DNA of 61,755 bases, the filler included, from Globobulimina sp. (lineage: Eukaryota), in NCBI GenBank assembly GCA_003354225.1. It is 20 parts of 20 records of this genome, joined end to end, with 100 filler letters (N's around TTAATTAATTAA, not from the genome) between each part and the next. Parts side by side here need not be neighbours in the genome. Positions count along the whole stretch, not along the records: positions 58,766 to 61,755 come from PIVH01004108.1; 19 more parts are not named here. One strand, 5' to 3'. A program made the position numbers and the translations under genes. Below, in pieces: positions 58,666 to 61,755 of this stretch (its first letter is position 1; each line of letters starts with the position of its first letter). The notes under the pieces are model-generated. The model was not told the origin of the DNA and did no database searches. It saw only the letters and a list, made by a program, of their open reading frames with translations.

Positions 58666-58765
58666 NNNNNNNNNNNNNNNNNNNNNNNNNNNNNNNNNNN
58701 NNNNNNNNNTTAATTAATTAANNNNNNNNNNNNNNNNNNNNNNNNNNNNNNNNNNNNNNNNNNNN

Positions 58766-60063
58766 CAAATGGGGAGAATGATGATTTTATCACAGCTTTG
58801 CCCATTAATGACTACAATGTCAATGAGCCAACAGATGGATACTGGTCCGATGATCACCAAAATATCCAACAATTAATGAACGATTACAATATAACTTCAG
58901 GTGGTAACCAACAGCCATTGCAACCGCATGCGCACAAACAAGAGGATTGGCAATGTGCCATTTGTACATTGATTAATAATTATCAATTCATAGAGTGTAA
59001 CGCCTGCGGTGAAGCCAGGAAATATTCAAATAAACAAAATACAAATAAAACACGACAGATAATGCATGATAACAATGTTTACGACGACGAGGATGATATC
59101 GATGATGAGAAGTTATTGACCATGGATGACGACGAGAAATCGATCTATTTTCCATTTGTTAATTTTGTAGCAAATCATAAGACCATTAAATCCGTATCAA
59201 TCCATATAAATAAACGTGGTAAAAATGGGATAAGTTTAATAAATCGCATATTATTAAGTATTGCCAAAAGGAGAAATAATTTAGAATCATTTTATATTAA
59301 TTGCGATGAATTACATTTAAATTATTGTGTAAAATATTTGGTTTTAGCTATAAAGCAACATTCATTTAAGCGTTTTTCATGTCATTTTTTTGCAAATGAC
59401 GAAACATCGGTTTCTAAAGTTATTGATGCATTTAATTGCAAACCACACATTAATTTGACGTTTTTATCAATAAATGGGAGTGGATCACAGGTTGCCAATC
59501 AAAGTATTACTCATTTAATTCAATTTATTTCTAAACATAAAGATTTGGAATATCTCAAGTTGTGTTATTTTACGGGGATTAATTATATAAATAATAATTG
59601 GAATGTGTTTCTTAATAATTTACTACAATTACAAACACTTAGTTTCGTTGCATTTGGTGAATTATTGGTTGATAATAATGCAACAATCAATAATTTATGT
59701 CAATTTGTACAGCGATGTACCACATTACAATCTATTGATCTTTTTATCTCACAGCAAAGTTACGAAGGACATGGCGGATCACTGGAGAATACAAAAAAAT
59801 TTATATTTTATACATTTAAAAATCAAATGCAACAAATTGAGCAAACTCAAATAGGCTTAGAAGTATATTGCAAAATGCCGTTAGAAATCGTTGATTTAGT
59901 TGTTATGTTTGCATTCGATTTGAATGGAAGATTTAATATCAACATTAATGGATTACCCGATGGCGATCTCGCGGATGTTGGACATCAATTTATTAAATTA
60001 AAACAGGCCCAATCAAGAAATTGGAGAATCACTAGAGACTTGCAACTATTTACTCATTTGTAA
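58766..60063 (+). CDS. RanBP2-type zinc finger plus LRR/RNI-like protein, 5' partial
   Basis: WQCAICTLIN......CNAC; repeated L..L.L/I segments downstream. Confidence 0.75.
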
Positions 60064-60142
60064 CAAAAGTTTTTTTGCATCCTTGCACATTTTAAATATA
60101 GATAAAAGATTAGAAATTACAACAATGGTTAAATTATTTAAA

Positions 60143-60644
60143 TTAGTCGCCAGACGCACATCCTCTGCAGCCACAATGAATGCATTCGATTACTTTATCC
60201 TTTGCCAAATCTGCTTTAGGCACTCGGCAAATACACGCTGTGCCAAAGGTATGGTTCTGTGGTTGGATGCATTGCATACAACATAAGCGCTCAAATCCAG
60301 ACTGTGCACATGTTAGTAATTGCAATTGATAGATGGAGCAAGGAGTTGCTGGAAAAGAAACATACCTTTTTCCATTTTGCAATGAGATTAGCATCGACGT
60401 AGCGTTGTCGTATACAAAATTCGTAGACCGGTTTTTTTATTTGTTTCTTTTTATACATTTCAAAGATATAACGGGATCGCTGGTGATGTATTTTGATGAT
60501 TGGCCATGTGGTTTCTGCTTTGCGTTTGCCGTCATGTGATTCCAACACCGCTTCGCGCATTCTTTCCTCAAATTCATCGAGTTTGTCTTCCAATACTTGG
60601 AACCCTTTGGGGAATTTCGTTTTTTTACGACGAATGCGAGGCAT
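60143..60644 (-). CDS. BUD31: Pre-mRNA splicing factor BUD31/G10, 2 exons
   Basis: WPIIKIHHQRSRYI, DANLIAKWKK^SGFERLCC and CIHCGCRGCASGD; intron 60302-60365 with GTATGT...TACTAAC...CAG. Confidence 0.96.
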
Positions 60645-60963
60645 CTTTAATTTAGGATTAGAGTTTTTTTTAATTTTTTCAGTCAGAGTATATTACAGGC
60701 ACCATTTTATCATTTAGACATGTTATTATTATTTAGATATATGATAATTGATGATGACGGGCAAAAATGAAGCTCACCGACCAGTACTAGTAATAATCCA
60801 ATATTTTCTTTTCATTACAGCACTGACTCCAACGTACTGAAGAACTGCAGCTGCTACTTTATCGATCATTAATCGTAATCACGCAATACCGCTCAATCAG
60901 AATGCACGCGATAAGTTTTTGAAAAAATCGGTACTTATCGGAGAGCCCTATTATTATTAAGTG

Positions 60964-61494
60964 ATGACATTGAAAATATTAGAAATATTGGTTGGTTTAG
61001 TTTTATCTCAATCTGTACCAACAGAGAGTGAACCACATCCTAGAAACTCTCGAAATTTGCTGTCTGCAAACAATACAATTGCAAGAAAATTTGTTCTTCA
61101 TAGAAATGTAAATTTATCATCAGAATCTCAACAGGAAAAAAGTGATAGCGGACTTACACAAGCTTGGAAACTTTATAGTGGTCGCCTTCCTTTCAAATAT
61201 CCGTGGCCACTGAGACGTTTCGCAAAAAAAATCACTGGAAAAGATTTGAACGAATTGGCTGATTACTCAGAATTTGTTAACCACAAAATCAAAGCTGTAC
61301 AGGATACACAAGCAAAAGTACAACAAAAATGGTTGGACACATTGAGAAATGGCTCAGGACTCGATATTGAAATGTTGTTGATGCCGCCTTTGTTGTTGAT
61401 TGTAATTTCTTACAGTTGGCAAGCTGCACTTTGGATTGTACTGTATTTGGCTGTTTGTGTGTTTTTCCGTTGTTACATGGACTCGACACAATGA
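60964..61494 (+). CDS. Small protein with a signal peptide and C-terminal TM helices
   Basis: Hydrophobic N-terminus and two C-terminal hydrophobic segments in one ORF. Confidence 0.55.
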   Translation: MTLKILEILVGLVLSQSVPTESEPHPRNSRNLLSANNTIARKFVLHRNVNLSSESQQEKSDSGLTQAWKLYSGRLPFKYPWPLRRFAKKITGKDLNELADYSEFVNHKIKAVQDTQAKVQQKWLDTLRNGSGLDIEMLLMPPLLLIVISYSWQAALWIVLYLAVCVFFRCYMDSTQ

Positions 61495-61755
61495 TCAATT
61501 GCACTGACAAATTTTGTTGATCTCGTTTTGTTTTTGCCTTTAAAATGTCCTTTGTAGCTATTGTAAAATAACAACAGATTAATTCTATGTTGTGCCACAT
61601 CACATAGTTTGCTTGCATTTAGACTCACTTTGATATGATGTTAAAAACAATTAAATGATTATAAATACTAAATTAAAATAGTTTGAAAAAAAACATACGT
61701 TACTTTGTTATTATATATATATAAACAAAAAAAAAAGAAATATAAAAATACATTA

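Noticed and set aside
2997-58765. Regularly spaced TTAATTAATTAA palindromes resembling a repeat array, and apparent gene clusters across them
   Set aside because: They are artificial N-padded spacers; adjacency across them has no biological meaning.

Overview
This window is not one locus. It is 20 unrelated contigs of about 2,990-2,996 bp, in descending length order, joined by artificial 100-nt spacers (N44-TTAATTAATTAA-N44), so neighbours across spacers carry no synteny information. Most contigs come from an AT-rich, gene-dense eukaryote using the standard code, with 50-80 nt introns that often begin GTT. I infer a foraminiferan/rhizarian from the SAM-domain expansion, CxGxxSC-repeat surface proteins and ART-like family; this is not proven. 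Recognisable genes include SDHAF4, a Tctex1-type dynein light chain, SUA5, HDAC8-like, PDI, SART3-like, DPH1, BUD31, an ABCA transporter, chitin synthase, a CCR4/EEP nuclease and RGS, EF-hand, VWA and F-box proteins. Four signals stand out. (1) A tRNA-Arg(ACG) gene has a compensated non-canonical elbow (A19-U56) and a 161-nt multi-hairpin intron. (2) One contig looks Polinton/Maverick-like and carries a five-exon gene with a possible alternative splice into a downstream ORF. (3) A Penelope-like RT remnant lies between a telomere-like (GGTTAGGATT)n array and a variant G3-C8 hammerhead ribozyme. (4) A probably GPI-anchored protein fuses a catalytically degenerate phosphodiesterase domain to a gluconolactonase-type beta-propeller. 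Several genes carry single-base homopolymer frameshifts and one contig looks chimeric, so assembly error should be kept in mind. All family assignments come from motif recognition, not database searches.
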